DNA of 64,000 nt, taken from an uncultured Clostridia bacterium. Lineage in GTDB: Bacteria > Bacillota > Clostridia > TANB77 > CAG-508. Below the pieces are notes generated by a model, which ran no database searches, was not told where the DNA came from, and saw only the letters and a program-made list of their open reading frames with translations. Both the position numbers and the translations under genes were made by a program. How positions within the stretch are numbered: position 1 is the stretch's first letter; every line of letters begins with the position of its first letter. Where the stretch lies: assembly GCA_934183305.1 (NCBI GenBank), contig CAKPSF010000003.1:10673-74672 (forward strand), given 5' to 3'. Shown here piece by piece: positions 47,924 through 59,168 of this stretch.

Positions 47924-48559
47924 TTAATTTTCTAATTCTAAATCATTTTTAATTAAATGTGTAAATAGTGTTAAATATGATAAAGAAATCATAAATCCAG
48001 CAAGTACATCGCTTGCATAATGAACTCCTAAATAAATTCTACTTATTCCTATTGAAGCTATCAATATACTAAGAAAAGTACACAATGCAATTTTGGCATA
48101 TTTATTTTTCACATATTTAAATACTAAATATATTATTAATCCATAAAAAGCCATACTTGCCATTGAATGTCCAGATGGAAAACTAAAACCTGTTTCTTCA
48201 ACTAGCCTATATCCAACAGGTCTATTTCTTCTAATTATATTTTTAAGTAAAAGATTAAAAATTGCAGTGACAATTAAATTAATACTAATATACATGGGTA
48301 TTTTTTTGTTTTTTATAAATAAAAAACTTATAATACATATACTTATTAATGGTATACTACTTCCAAAGAAAGTTATAAATTTAAAAATATTATTTAAAGA
48401 ATTACTTTTAAATGAAATTATAAAGTTATATACTGTTGAATCAAAATTCATTATTTCATTATTTAAAACATCCTCTAACAAATCTAAAAATATTATCACA
48501 CAAAATAGTGCTAATATCCATCTTTTATTTTCCTTTAAAATACTTTTTATCTTTCCCAT
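47924..48559 (-). CDS. PAP2 family phosphatase
   Basis: KNIIRRNRP...PSGHS...SRIYLGVHYASD are the PAP2 motifs. Confidence 0.75.
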   Translation of the reverse strand: MGKIKSILKENKRWILALFCVIIFLDLLEDVLNNEIMNFDSTVYNFIISFKSNSLNNIFKFITFFGSSIPLISICIISFLFIKNKKIPMYISINLIVTAIFNLLLKNIIRRNRPVGYRLVEETGFSFPSGHSMASMAFYGLIIYLVFKYVKNKYAKIALCTFLSILIASIGISRIYLGVHYASDVLAGFMISLSYLTLFTHLIKNDLELEN

Positions 48560-48575
48560 ATATTGTGTTCCTTCT

Positions 48576-49085
48576 TTATTTCTTTATCCAATTGTTAAAT
48601 GCTTCAAATAATAGAATCAAGAAAATCATTATAAAAATTCCAGTTAAAACTCCTGCTGAATCAATACACACATCTCGAATGCTTGGTCCTCTGCCTGGCA
48701 CAAAACTTTGATGAAATTCATCTCCAGCAGCATATAAAACACCAATCAAAATACTCCATAGCAATTTGTACTTGTTTTTAATATCAAAAGTACACCAGAA
48801 TCCCATAACAGAAAATCCAACTAAACAATAAATACTAAAATGCGCTAATTTCCTAATTATTGGATGAAGTCTTTCTATGTAATGCATCCTAAGAGCTAAA
48901 TCCATATTTTTTACTTTTGAAAACATGTCTACAATAAAATTTGTAACCTTTAAGCTCAAGTTACCAGACTTCTCTCCATCTTGTGCAGAAAAACAAAATA
49001 TTAAATACAATGTTGCTAAAAGCATTACTATAAATAATATTCTTTTAAATATTAAATTCTTTTTAATTTTAATAGGTTTTGACAT
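48576..49085 (-). CDS. VanZ-like family protein
   Basis: Four TM segments and the conserved DEFHQSFVPGR motif. Confidence 0.65.
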   Translation of the reverse strand: MSKPIKIKKNLIFKRILFIVMLLATLYLIFCFSAQDGEKSGNLSLKVTNFIVDMFSKVKNMDLALRMHYIERLHPIIRKLAHFSIYCLVGFSVMGFWCTFDIKNKYKLLWSILIGVLYAAGDEFHQSFVPGRGPSIRDVCIDSAGVLTGIFIMIFLILLFEAFNNWIKK

Positions 49086-49102
49086 TATAATTCTTCCTTA
49101 AA

Positions 49103-50071
49103 TTAATTTAGCCATTCTTTATGTTCTAAATACCAATCAATAGTTTTTATTATCCCATCTTCAAATTTAGTTTCAGGAATCCATCCTAATTCATTATGAA
49201 TTTTCGTTGGGTCAATTGCATATCTAAAATCATGACCTTTTCTATCTTCAACAAATTCTATTAAGTCTTCAGATTTGCCTAATCTATTTAGTATTAATTT
49301 AACTATATCGATATTTCTCTTCTCATTATGTCCGCCAATATTATATCTTTCCCCAGCTTTACCATTGTGGAATACTAAATCTATTGCTTTACAATGATCT
49401 TCTACATATAGCCAATCTCTAATATTTTCGCCTGTTCCATATACAGGTAATTTTTCATTATTTAATGCTAACTTTATCATATGAGGAATTAATTTTTCAT
49501 TATGTTGATAAGGTCCATAATTATTTGAGCAATTTGTAACTGTTACATTCATTTTAAATGTTTCATGATATGCTAAAGCAATTAAATCTGAGCTTGCTTT
49601 TGAAGCTGAATATGGGCTATTAGGTTTAATAGGGCTAGTTTCTGTGAAATAACCTTCTTTGCCAAGTGTTCCATATACTTCATCAGTTGATATATGCACA
49701 AATTTATTTGAACTACCTTCTCCCCAAATTTGTTTTGCTGTTTCCAATAAAATATGTGTTCCAATTACATTTGTTTGTGTAAATACAAATGGTGTTTTTA
49801 TACTATTATCAACATGGCTTTCTGCTGCAAAATGTATTACTCCATCTATATCATATTCTTTAAATATATCCTTCATTTTTTCGAAATCACAAATATCAGC
49901 TTGTACAAATGTAATTTTATCCATTACATTTTTTAGATTTTCTATATTTCCTGCATATGTTAATTTATCTACAACAACAATATTATAATTTGGGTATTTA
50001 TTTACAAAATACTCTGCAAAATTTGCCCCAATAAATCCTGCTGCCCCTGTTACTAAAATATTCTTACTCAT
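49103..50071 (-). CDS. rfbB: dTDP-glucose 4,6-dehydratase
   Basis: ILVTGAAGFIGANF and YSASKASSD; 322 aa. Confidence 0.9.
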   Translation of the reverse strand: MSKNILVTGAAGFIGANFAEYFVNKYPNYNIVVVDKLTYAGNIENLKNVMDKITFVQADICDFEKMKDIFKEYDIDGVIHFAAESHVDNSIKTPFVFTQTNVIGTHILLETAKQIWGEGSSNKFVHISTDEVYGTLGKEGYFTETSPIKPNSPYSASKASSDLIALAYHETFKMNVTVTNCSNNYGPYQHNEKLIPHMIKLALNNEKLPVYGTGENIRDWLYVEDHCKAIDLVFHNGKAGERYNIGGHNEKRNIDIVKLILNRLGKSEDLIEFVEDRKGHDFRYAIDPTKIHNELGWIPETKFEDGIIKTIDWYLEHKEWLN

Positions 50072-50096
50072 TTTATTTCTCCCTAATACCTATTAA

Positions 50097-50675
50097 TTAT
50101 AAATTTTTAAACAAATCTGTTTTTCTTAATTCTTGCAATGTTGGCCATTTAGCATCTTTGTCAGATGTTAGTAATTCATTAACTTTCATATCTCCAAAAG
50201 GCCACTCTATATTTATCTCCTTATCATTCCATGCAAGACCGCCTTCAGCCTCATGATTATATATATCATCACATTTATATGTAAATTCTGCTTCATCTGA
50301 TAAAACCAAAAATCCATGTGCAAATCCTTTAGGAATCATAAACATTTTTTTATTTTCTTCTGAAAGTATAACACCTTCCCATTTTCCATATGTTTCACTT
50401 GATGGTCTTAAATCAACTGCAACATCAAACACTTCACCTTTTATACATCTAACAAGTTTTGCTTGAGTGTTTTCCTTCTGAAAATGTAAACCTCTTAATA
50501 CTCCCCTTCTTGATTTTGATTGATTATCTTGAACAAAATCATAATCAAGACCTATTTCTTCAAAATCTTTTTTACTATATGTTTCCATAAAGTATCCTCT
50601 ATTATCTCCAAAAACAGTTGGTTCAATAATATACACTCCATCAATTGATGTACCTATTTTTTTAAATTTCCCCAT
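50097..50675 (-). CDS. rfbC: dTDP-4-dehydrorhamnose 3,5-epimerase
   Basis: RmlC cupin motifs (RGLHFQ and FMIPKGFAHGF). Confidence 0.9.
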   Translation of the reverse strand: MGKFKKIGTSIDGVYIIEPTVFGDNRGYFMETYSKKDFEEIGLDYDFVQDNQSKSRRGVLRGLHFQKENTQAKLVRCIKGEVFDVAVDLRPSSETYGKWEGVILSEENKKMFMIPKGFAHGFLVLSDEAEFTYKCDDIYNHEAEGGLAWNDKEINIEWPFGDMKVNELLTSDKDAKWPTLQELRKTDLFKNL

Positions 50676-50690
50676 TTTTATCTCCTAAAA

Positions 50691-51569
50691 TTAATTTTCT
50701 TCTGCTAACGCAATTAAAAATTTTCCATAATCACTCTTTTTTAAATTTTGTGCAAGTTCTTGTAATTGTTCTTTATTTATCCAGCCATTTTCATAAGCAA
50801 TTTCTTCCGGGCAACAAATTTGCAACCCTTGTCTTTTTTGTATTGTCTGTACAAAGCTGGCAGTTTCTAAAAGTGAATCATGCGTTCCTGTATCAAACCA
50901 AGCCATTCCTCTTCCAAGTTTTTCTACCTTTAATTTATGCATATTCATATAAGCTTCATTTACACTTGATATTTCTAGTTCACCTCGTGCAGAAGGTTTA
51001 ATTGTTTTAGCAATTTCCACAACATCATTTGTATAAAAATATAGTCCTGGAACTGCATAATTTGATTTTGGAATTTCTGGTTTTTCTACTATTGAAATAG
51101 CATTGCCTTTTTCATCAATCTCAACAACTCCATATCTTCTTGGATCATTTACTCTATATCCAAAAATTGTTGCTTCTTCTGTTCTATTATTTACTCTTAT
51201 TAATATTTCTTTTAAATCCCCACCATAGAACAAATTATCACCTAAAATTAATGCAACATTAGAATCACCAATAAATTCTTCTCCAATAATAAATGCTTCT
51301 GCAAGTCCATTTGGATTTTCTTGTACTTTATACTCTAACTTTATTCCCCATTTAGAACCATCCCCAAGAAGTTCTTTAAATGTTACATTATCTCTTGGAG
51401 TTGTAATTATTAATATTTCTCTAATTCCAGCCTCCATTAAAACATATAATGGATAATAAATCATTGGCTTATCATATACCGGCATTATTTGTTTTGATAT
51501 TGCTATAGTTAATGGATATAATCTTGTTCCACTTCCACCTGCTAAAATTATTCCTTTTCTTTCTTTCAT
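50691..51569 (-). CDS. rfbA: Glucose-1-phosphate thymidylyltransferase
   Basis: [17 protein letters not shown]. Confidence 0.9.
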   Translation of the reverse strand: MKERKGIILAGGSGTRLYPLTIAISKQIMPVYDKPMIYYPLYVLMEAGIREILIITTPRDNVTFKELLGDGSKWGIKLEYKVQENPNGLAEAFIIGEEFIGDSNVALILGDNLFYGGDLKEILIRVNNRTEEATIFGYRVNDPRRYGVVEIDEKGNAISIVEKPEIPKSNYAVPGLYFYTNDVVEIAKTIKPSARGELEISSVNEAYMNMHKLKVEKLGRGMAWFDTGTHDSLLETASFVQTIQKRQGLQICCPEEIAYENGWINKEQLQELAQNLKKSDYGKFLIALAEEN

Positions 51570-51571
51570 AT

Positions 51572-52417
51572 TTAATTCCTACTTTCTTTTTCTAAATATC
51601 TCATTAATGCTTCTTCATAGGTTGGTATTTTTATTCCTAATTTCAATAACTTATTCTTTGACATTTGTGAATTTTTAGGTCTTTTAGCTGGTCTAGGGAA
51701 CTCTTCCGTTGTTACTGGATTCACATTGCAATTTATATTTTGTAATTTATATATTAACTTTGTAAAGTCATACCATGTTGTGTATCCTATATTAGTTGAA
51801 TTATATATTCCATATGGAATATCTTTTTCTATTGCTTGATGAATTATCTTAGCTAAATCAACAGCATATGTTGGACTTCCATGTTGGTCATTTACAACAC
51901 TTACTTCATTTCTATCTTTTGCAAGATTTATCATAGTTCTAACAAAATTATTTCCTTCACCATAAAGCCATGCAGTTCTAAAAATATAATATTTGTCACA
52001 ATTTTGTTTAATAAAATTTTCTCCCTCAAGTTTTGTAGTCCCATATACTGCCTGTGGATTCTTTTCATCTTCTTCGCTATAGTCTTCATCAACTGGCTTG
52101 TCTCCACCGAAAACATAGTCTGTACTTATATGTATTAATGTAGAATCATTATTTTTTGCAGCAATTGACAAATTTTTAGGTCCAATAGCATTAATTTTAT
52201 ATGCCAATTCAGGTTGTTCTTCTGCTCTGTCAACTGCAGTATATGCAGCACAGTTAATAATATAACTTGGTTTTATTTTATTAATAAAATTACTCACTGC
52301 ATTTTCGTCTGTTATATCCAATTCTGCCACATCTGTGCAAATCAGTTCATTTTCTTTTAGTTCTTCTCTTACTGCTTTTGCAAGCATTCCATTAGCACCT
52401 GTAATTAAAATTTTCAT
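51572..52417 (-). CDS. rfbD: dTDP-4-dehydrorhamnose reductase
   Basis: [13 protein letters not shown]; RmlD-family length (281 aa). Confidence 0.85.
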   Translation of the reverse strand: MKILITGANGMLAKAVREELKENELICTDVAELDITDENAVSNFINKIKPSYIINCAAYTAVDRAEEQPELAYKINAIGPKNLSIAAKNNDSTLIHISTDYVFGGDKPVDEDYSEEDEKNPQAVYGTTKLEGENFIKQNCDKYYIFRTAWLYGEGNNFVRTMINLAKDRNEVSVVNDQHGSPTYAVDLAKIIHQAIEKDIPYGIYNSTNIGYTTWYDFTKLIYKLQNINCNVNPVTTEEFPRPAKRPKNSQMSKNKLLKLGIKIPTYEEALMRYLEKESRN

Positions 52418-52432
52418 AAATATTCCTCTAAA

Positions 52433-53884
52433 TTATTCCTTTATTTTTTTCTTTAATATACTCTTAAGTAATTCCAATAAATACTGAAACGAATCAATTT
52501 TTAAAATCTTTGCTCCAGCTATATATATTACTCCCCCAACAACAGCTTGAAACATAAGTGAGACAATTATAGGTAAATTAATAAATCCAATCAAGTATAC
52601 AATTACTCCCATAATTACTGCAAGTAAAAGGCTTGGTAATATGTCCCTTATCTGTTCTATATAACTATAATCAAGTAATTTCTTATTAGGCCAAGAATTA
52701 ATTATCTGTCCCAAAAGTCCACTTACAAGCAAACTGCAGGCCATTGCCATTGGACTAATATACATTGTTGCTAATAGAAGTAGTACGCCTATGATTTTTT
52801 TTATAATTTCCATTTTTAAAAACAAATCACTTCTTCCCATTGCTTTTATTGCATTAAGATTTGCTGTATGTATTGGATATAACATAAATGTTACACAAAA
52901 TACACACAAATATGGAACGCATTCCAACCACTTTTCTGTCAATAATAACGTAACAATGTTTTTCGATGCAAAAGTAAGTCCCATCATTAATGGAGCCATT
53001 ATAAATATACTCGTTTTTATTGCTCTTCTAGTCATATCTCTTACTCTAGATTTATTTTCTTGTTCATTTGACATTGTTGGCAATAGCACACTATCTATTG
53101 ATGTGTTTATGTTTGTTACTATTAAATTTGGAAACTGCTTACCTTTATTATAAAACGCCAAATCCGCAGAAGAATATATCTTACCTATTATTAATTGTCT
53201 TATATTTTCATAAGTTGTATCTAATAATGCAGAAGCTGATAATTTCCATCCATAAGAAAATAATTCTTTTAATCTCTTAAATGAAAACATTCTCTTTGGT
53301 CTCCACTTAACAGTTAGCCATAATACAATAGTGTCAACTGTCAAATTAAATAATTGTTGTATAACTAATGCCCATACTCCAAATCCTTTCACTGCCATTA
53401 AAATTCCAATAATAGCAGCTCCAATAGTTCCTGCGAGTGTAGCAAAAAAGAACTTTTTAAAAATTAGTTTCTTGGAAACATAGGCTTGTTGCACATTTTT
53501 TACTCCTGATATTACAATTGTAAGACTTAAAACTCGTATAAGTGTTACAAGTGAATCATCATTATAAAACCTTGCAATAGCTGGTGCACATAAAAATACT
53601 CCAACATATAAAAGCAAGCACACTGTTATATTGGCAAAGAATACTGTTGAAAAGTCCAAGTCGTCTACATCTTTTTTTTGAATCAAAGCATTACCTAATC
53701 CACTATCTACAAAAACTTGTAATATGTTTGTAAACACAGTAATTAAAGCAATTGTTCCATAAGCTTCTGGAGCTAAAATTCTTGCAAGTACAATTGATAC
53801 AATAAATGAAACGATCTGTGCTCCACATCTTTCAGCAAATCTCCATATTACATTTGAAAATACATTTTGTTTTGAATTATCCAT
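52433..53884 (-). CDS. Polysaccharide flippase (Wzx/MOP superfamily)
   Basis: 483 aa with about 12-14 TM segments in the Wzx layout. Confidence 0.7.
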   Translation of the reverse strand: MDNSKQNVFSNVIWRFAERCGAQIVSFIVSIVLARILAPEAYGTIALITVFTNILQVFVDSGLGNALIQKKDVDDLDFSTVFFANITVCLLLYVGVFLCAPAIARFYNDDSLVTLIRVLSLTIVISGVKNVQQAYVSKKLIFKKFFFATLAGTIGAAIIGILMAVKGFGVWALVIQQLFNLTVDTIVLWLTVKWRPKRMFSFKRLKELFSYGWKLSASALLDTTYENIRQLIIGKIYSSADLAFYNKGKQFPNLIVTNINTSIDSVLLPTMSNEQENKSRVRDMTRRAIKTSIFIMAPLMMGLTFASKNIVTLLLTEKWLECVPYLCVFCVTFMLYPIHTANLNAIKAMGRSDLFLKMEIIKKIIGVLLLLATMYISPMAMACSLLVSGLLGQIINSWPNKKLLDYSYIEQIRDILPSLLLAVIMGVIVYLIGFINLPIIVSLMFQAVVGGVIYIAGAKILKIDSFQYLLELLKSILKKKIKE

Positions 53885-53899
53885 ATTATATTCCTTTAA

Positions 53900-55003
53900 T
53901 TATTTCTTTAAAATTATATCACAAATTCTATTCGCATCTTCCACAGAAAGATTTGCATACATCGGTATCGTTAACACTCTATCTGATATTTTCTTTGCAA
54001 TAGGAGTCTTGGCAGAATCAAATCTATCCTTATAACAATCATAATCTGATATTAGTGGATAGAAATATTTTCTTGAAAAAATATTTTCTTTTGCAAGTTC
54101 TTCTGCCACTTCATCTCTCGTCTTTCCAAATACCGTTTCATCAAATATTACAGGATAGTATGCAAAATTTGGTTTCACTCCTTTTTGTTTCTTAGAGATA
54201 GTAATTCCCGGAACTCCAGATAGCCTTTCTGTATATATATCATATACTTTTTTTCTCTTTGCAATTTCTTCATCAAAATGTCTTAAATTACATAACCCCA
54301 TTGCAGCTTGAAATTCATTCATTTTAGAATTGATTCCAACATCCACAACATGTTCTTGGTCTATTATTCCAAAGTTTTTGAAACTATCAATTGATTGTTT
54401 CAACTCTGAATTATTGTAAACTAAAGCTCCTCCCTCAATAGTATTAAATACTTTTGTTGCATGGAAGCTAAACATCGAAATATCTCCATAGCTTCCTATT
54501 CCTCTTCCATTTACTTCAACTCCAAAAACATGAGCTGCATCATAAATAACCTTTAAATTATGTTTTTGTGCTATTTGCTCAATTGCTTCAACATCACAAA
54601 TATGCCCATACACATGAACTGGTACTATAGCTGTTGTTTTATCTGTAATTAACTCTTCTATTTTATTTACATCTATTGTATAGTCTTGCTCATTTATATC
54701 ACAGAATACAGGAGTTAATCCATTTTGTACTATTGCATGTGTTGTAGATGCAAAAGAAAAAGGTGTAGTAATTACTTCTCCAGACAAATTCATTTTATGA
54801 ATTGCTGTATATAAAGCAAAATGTCCATTATTAAATAATGATATATTTTTCACTTTTAATTTTTCACATAATTTTTCTTCAAGTTCATGGTGCTTAGTTC
54901 CCATATTTGTAAGCCATCTTGAATCAAAAACATCTTTTATTTCGTTACTGTATTCTTCAAGTGTTGGTATTGAAGATTGTGTTACTAAAATTTTTTTATT
55001 CAT
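53900..55003 (-). CDS. DegT/DnrJ/EryC1/StrS family PLP-dependent sugar aminotransferase
   Basis: FSFHATKVFNTIEGGAL is the Lys-bearing PLP motif. 367 aa. Confidence 0.85.
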   Translation of the reverse strand: MNKKILVTQSSIPTLEEYSNEIKDVFDSRWLTNMGTKHHELEEKLCEKLKVKNISLFNNGHFALYTAIHKMNLSGEVITTPFSFASTTHAIVQNGLTPVFCDINEQDYTIDVNKIEELITDKTTAIVPVHVYGHICDVEAIEQIAQKHNLKVIYDAAHVFGVEVNGRGIGSYGDISMFSFHATKVFNTIEGGALVYNNSELKQSIDSFKNFGIIDQEHVVDVGINSKMNEFQAAMGLCNLRHFDEEIAKRKKVYDIYTERLSGVPGITISKKQKGVKPNFAYYPVIFDETVFGKTRDEVAEELAKENIFSRKYFYPLISDYDCYKDRFDSAKTPIAKKISDRVLTIPMYANLSVEDANRICDIILKK

Positions 55004-55004
55004 C

Positions 55005-56006
55005 TTATCTACCTCTTAATTCTAGAAATCTATCAACTTTCATTTCTTCTTTATAATCTTCTAATAATTCTTTAATTCCATATTTAGGCTCATATCCAAG
55101 TTCTTCCTTGGCATTTGTTATATCTAGTGCAAATCCACCACTATTCTTTTTTTCAGGGCAGTAAATAATCTCTGAAGGATTATCTTTTGGTGAAAACACC
55201 TCTACTATTGTTCTTACTTTCTCTTCCAATGTTACTGGTTTTCCAGTTCCAATATTATAAAAGCCACCATCTCTATTAGCTTCTATCGCCTTACATAATT
55301 CTTGGCTAAAATCATATACATGAACCATATCTGTTGAATAATTTGGATCTCCCCATATTTCAAGTGGCTCACTATTTTGGGCTTTTTCTATCATTCTATA
55401 AATTGGTCTTAATGTTTTTACTCCATTTGGATGATAATAATGATATGGACTATAACTATATATTGTAGGTAGTCTAAATACAAAGTCTTTAATTCCATAT
55501 TCAGCATGATAATGTTTCAATAATTCAATTGCAGTATTTTTAGTTATAACATATAAAGCATGATCACCTTTATAACTAAAATTTAATGGAGTGTCAGGTT
55601 TTAACATTACACCATCTTTTGCAGATAAAGATATATCAAAAACAGTGGTTGTATATAATATTCTGTCAGCTTTAACTTTTCTAGCATATTCACAAACATT
55701 AAAAGCCCCCACAATATTTGAATTAATATATTTTTCGGGTTGATATCCTTCCATATAAGATGGAATTTGCGCCGCAAGCAATATAACAGCATAAACATTG
55801 TCTGTTGGTAATTTTTCAAAATCTGTAGCACAACTAATGTCTACACTATAATATTTTATACCTTTTTTGGTAAAAAAATCTGTGTTTCTTCTTCCAGATG
55901 CAATTATTTCATACTCATCATTATTAAAATATTCAAGTGCATATTTTGTAAAATAACTTCCTACATTTCCACAAGCTCCAAAAATTATTATTTTTTTCTT
56001 ATTCAT
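55005..56006 (-). CDS. NAD-dependent epimerase/dehydratase (extended SDR)
   Basis: IIIFGACGNVGSY and YVITK (YxxxK). Confidence 0.75.
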   Translation of the reverse strand: MNKKKIIIFGACGNVGSYFTKYALEYFNNDEYEIIASGRRNTDFFTKKGIKYYSVDISCATDFEKLPTDNVYAVILLAAQIPSYMEGYQPEKYINSNIVGAFNVCEYARKVKADRILYTTTVFDISLSAKDGVMLKPDTPLNFSYKGDHALYVITKNTAIELLKHYHAEYGIKDFVFRLPTIYSYSPYHYYHPNGVKTLRPIYRMIEKAQNSEPLEIWGDPNYSTDMVHVYDFSQELCKAIEANRDGGFYNIGTGKPVTLEEKVRTIVEVFSPKDNPSEIIYCPEKKNSGGFALDITNAKEELGYEPKYGIKELLEDYKEEMKVDRFLELRGR

Positions 56007-56010
56007 ACTT

Positions 56011-56952
56011 TTATATCTCCTTTACAATTTTAATTATTTTATCCATTTCCTCTATTCCATATCGCTGGTCACATGGTAATGGTAATATATTTTTTGCAAA
56101 ATCATAAGCATTACTGTTCTTATTATCTTTTATTACATTTGGCCACAAAATTGGTACAAAAATATTCTTATCTATTAACTTTTTTCTTAGATTTTCAGCA
56201 TTATCTATGTATAAAGGATATGAATATGCACCACTCACATTTTTTAAATTTAGTTTGTTTAATTTATTCAATTTTTCATTTAAGTATTTAAAATTTTGGG
56301 TTCTTTTTTTCTTTATTTTTCCATAATCAAAGGCTCCCAACATGTTTTCTGTAGATTTTGACATCTTCAATAACGGAATTTTTTCTAATACTTCTTCATT
56401 TTCTCTATACATGTTATAGTATTGTTGTGGTGTTTCCTCAAGTCTTCCAAGTATATAGGTAAATCTGTTCTTTGATTGGTCTCGTTCTATTTTCTCTAAT
56501 GAAGTTATATCTGTATATAAATACGCACCATCTGGTACCCCCATAAACTTTCTACATGAATATATTGTATCAACGCCTCGTACTGGTAACTGGAAAAACG
56601 CTTGAACATTATCTATAATAATATTTTTATAAATTTTTTTCAACCTTTTTATTATATAATTACTTAGCTGTCCAAAATAATTTACAATATATATATACTC
56701 ACTATTATTTAATTTTTTATTGAATTCTGGTAAAAATTCATCATTTATATCATAGTATTCAACTTCACAATAATCTAATATTACATTTACCGAATCACAT
56801 AAATAATACGGCATATAGATTTTTTTTATTTTCTTACTCTTTGCTAAATACACCAAACAATTTCTTGCACTATTCAATTTAAGTGCATTTCTATGATATG
56901 GCTGATTAATTAAACTTTCCAATTCAAAATATCCACCTATATTTTCTTTCAT
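56011..56952 (-). CDS. Hypothetical protein in the polysaccharide locus (WbqC-like suspected)
   Basis: N-terminal GGYFELE. No assignable motif. Confidence 0.3.
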   Translation of the reverse strand: MKENIGGYFELESLINQPYHRNALKLNSARNCLVYLAKSKKIKKIYMPYYLCDSVNVILDYCEVEYYDINDEFLPEFNKKLNNSEYIYIVNYFGQLSNYIIKRLKKIYKNIIIDNVQAFFQLPVRGVDTIYSCRKFMGVPDGAYLYTDITSLEKIERDQSKNRFTYILGRLEETPQQYYNMYRENEEVLEKIPLLKMSKSTENMLGAFDYGKIKKKRTQNFKYLNEKLNKLNKLNLKNVSGAYSYPLYIDNAENLRKKLIDKNIFVPILWPNVIKDNKNSNAYDFAKNILPLPCDQRYGIEEMDKIIKIVKEI

Positions 56953-56962
56953 ATATTCCTCT

Positions 56963-58162
56963 TTATTTTAATATTACTTTAATATAATTTTCTTGATTGT
57001 TTAACACTTCATCCATTCGTTTATGATTGTCAAACTTTAATACTATGGTTCCAATAGCCTCATTTGCTCCAGAAAATCCACCAACTTTTGTTCCTTCTTC
57101 TATCCATAAATCATTTTCTACAATATTTGAACTGATTTCATCCGAAATCCATAATTTTTCAAAAGTTCCCTCTCTCTCACTATGAAGAATAATTTCAGCC
57201 CAATTATCTTTTATCTCCTGTTGTTCAATCGCATCTGGTTCCATACCTAGCGCAACTTTCACAATATTTGTTATCATATCCACTCCAGTTATATATCTGA
57301 CCATCTCTGCCAATCTATTTCCTCCACCTCTTGGAGAGCATTCCATTATATATGATTTTCCATTAGTGCATTCTCTAGTTTCAATATTATAAATAGAACT
57401 CTTCATATTAAGTAAACTTAATAGTCTTTGTATTTCATTTGTAAGTTCTTCCTGATTTTCTCTCGATATCGATGCAGGCCATGTATACGCTGCAGGAGTA
57501 TATGGATTCTCACAGTTTTCATCAAACTTTTGTGCAGAAAAAGATACAAACTTTAATTTCCCATCAATTGAAAAAGAATCACAATCTGATGAATCTCCCA
57601 CTTTTTCTAAGAAGTCCTCTATTATAAATTCATTACTATGTGAAAACTTTAGAGCATAATTTATAGCATCTTCTAATTTATCCTTTTCTTCTACTTTAGT
57701 CACACCCTTGCTTCCAGCTGAATCTGTTGGTTTAACTATCACAGGCCAATTAAACATATCAATATCATTTAATGCAGTTTCAAGGTCTGTGTACTCCTTT
57801 GCAACAGGAACATTAAAGTTATTATCTGTTAAAAATTTTCTAAACTTTCCTTTATTTTGTAATATTTCGATAGATTCATAAGGTCCAGAAGATGGTAATT
57901 TCATCTTTTCTGCGACATAAGCTGCTGTTGCTACTCCCGGATCACAAGCAAACGAAAGAATTCCATCTATTTTTAACTCTTTAGCTTTTTCAAGAACCTT
58001 ATCCTTTTCAAGAATGCTAACATTACAGTATTCGTCCGAATACTTGTGTGCAATATTGTTTGGTAAATAATCACAAGTAATTACATAAACACCTAGCTTA
58101 TGTGCTGCTTCTATAACAGGAACAAGATACCTCATTCCTCCAAGTAACATTAATTTTTTCAT
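56963..58162 (-). CDS. ATP-grasp domain enzyme
   Basis: Pre-ATP-grasp plus ATP-grasp layout (KPTDSAGSKGV and ECSPRGGG). 399 aa. Confidence 0.65.
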   Translation of the reverse strand: MKKLMLLGGMRYLVPVIEAAHKLGVYVITCDYLPNNIAHKYSDEYCNVSILEKDKVLEKAKELKIDGILSFACDPGVATAAYVAEKMKLPSSGPYESIEILQNKGKFRKFLTDNNFNVPVAKEYTDLETALNDIDMFNWPVIVKPTDSAGSKGVTKVEEKDKLEDAINYALKFSHSNEFIIEDFLEKVGDSSDCDSFSIDGKLKFVSFSAQKFDENCENPYTPAAYTWPASISRENQEELTNEIQRLLSLLNMKSSIYNIETRECTNGKSYIMECSPRGGGNRLAEMVRYITGVDMITNIVKVALGMEPDAIEQQEIKDNWAEIILHSEREGTFEKLWISDEISSNIVENDLWIEEGTKVGGFSGANEAIGTIVLKFDNHKRMDEVLNNQENYIKVILK

Positions 58163-58186
58163 ATATTTATCTCTCCCTCATTATTT

Positions 58187-59155
58187 TTATCTATGTTTTA
58201 TCTTTAACTTTTCTTTTTTTAGTATTTCAAATATAAATGGTACTTTTTCTTTTAGTAAAATTTTTATCCTTTTACTTTTAGGAAGGTTATTTTTATATGA
58301 TAAATATGGTTCTTGTTTTATCATTTCAAAATTATTTTCTAAATAATATATATTAAATTCTAATTCAATAATTTTTCTATTTATTGCGTCATTATATTTT
58401 CCATTTGTATATTCATTAATTTCTTTTAACTTTTTAACAATTTCTTTATTTATTTTTATATTTTTGCTTTCATCATTTATTATTTTATCTGTCCATGATG
58501 AGCCTGTATTAATTCTATATGCAGCCATTTGTTCTTTAAAACAATATGTTTTTCCTATACTTGATAAAAAAATCTGCCATAAATAATCCATAGAAAAATT
58601 ATTAAAATATCCAGGTAACTGTTCAATATATTCCATTCTTGAAAAAATAGAATTTGTAGCTACATATTCTCCTCCACCTAAAATAAAATCTTCACATGTT
58701 AAAGTTATGTTATTATCTACTGTATTTATTTCTCCAACTTTATTTTTATTATTATCTACAATGATTGCATTTGTCACACACATTGAATATTCGTCATTTG
58801 CTTCCATAAAATCAAATTGCTTTTGAAGTTTATTTGTATCCGTCCAATAATCGTCTCCTTCACAAATTGCAAAATATTTTCCCTTTGCCTGTGGCATTAA
58901 AATATCTATAAGCATTCTTCTATGTTTTGAATATTGATTTTCTTTCTGAAAAATTGGTTTTATTATTTGAGGATATCTTTCAGCATATTCTTTAATAATT
59001 TGCGCTGTAGAATCAGTAGAACAATCATCATTAATTATAATTTCATATTTAAAATTAACCTTTTGATTTATAAAACTATCTAACGCATCTTTTATATACT
59101 TTTCGTGATTATATGCCAAGCATAAAATAGATACCATTATTTTTTCTTCATTCAT
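58187..59155 (-). CDS. Family 2 glycosyltransferase
   Basis: VSILCLAYNHEKYI...DDCSTD. Confidence 0.8.
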   Translation of the reverse strand: MNEEKIMVSILCLAYNHEKYIKDALDSFINQKVNFKYEIIINDDCSTDSTAQIIKEYAERYPQIIKPIFQKENQYSKHRRMLIDILMPQAKGKYFAICEGDDYWTDTNKLQKQFDFMEANDEYSMCVTNAIIVDNNKNKVGEINTVDNNITLTCEDFILGGGEYVATNSIFSRMEYIEQLPGYFNNFSMDYLWQIFLSSIGKTYCFKEQMAAYRINTGSSWTDKIINDESKNIKINKEIVKKLKEINEYTNGKYNDAINRKIIELEFNIYYLENNFEMIKQEPYLSYKNNLPKSKRIKILLKEKVPFIFEILKKEKLKIKHR

Positions 59156-59168
59156 TTTTGTTTTTCTC

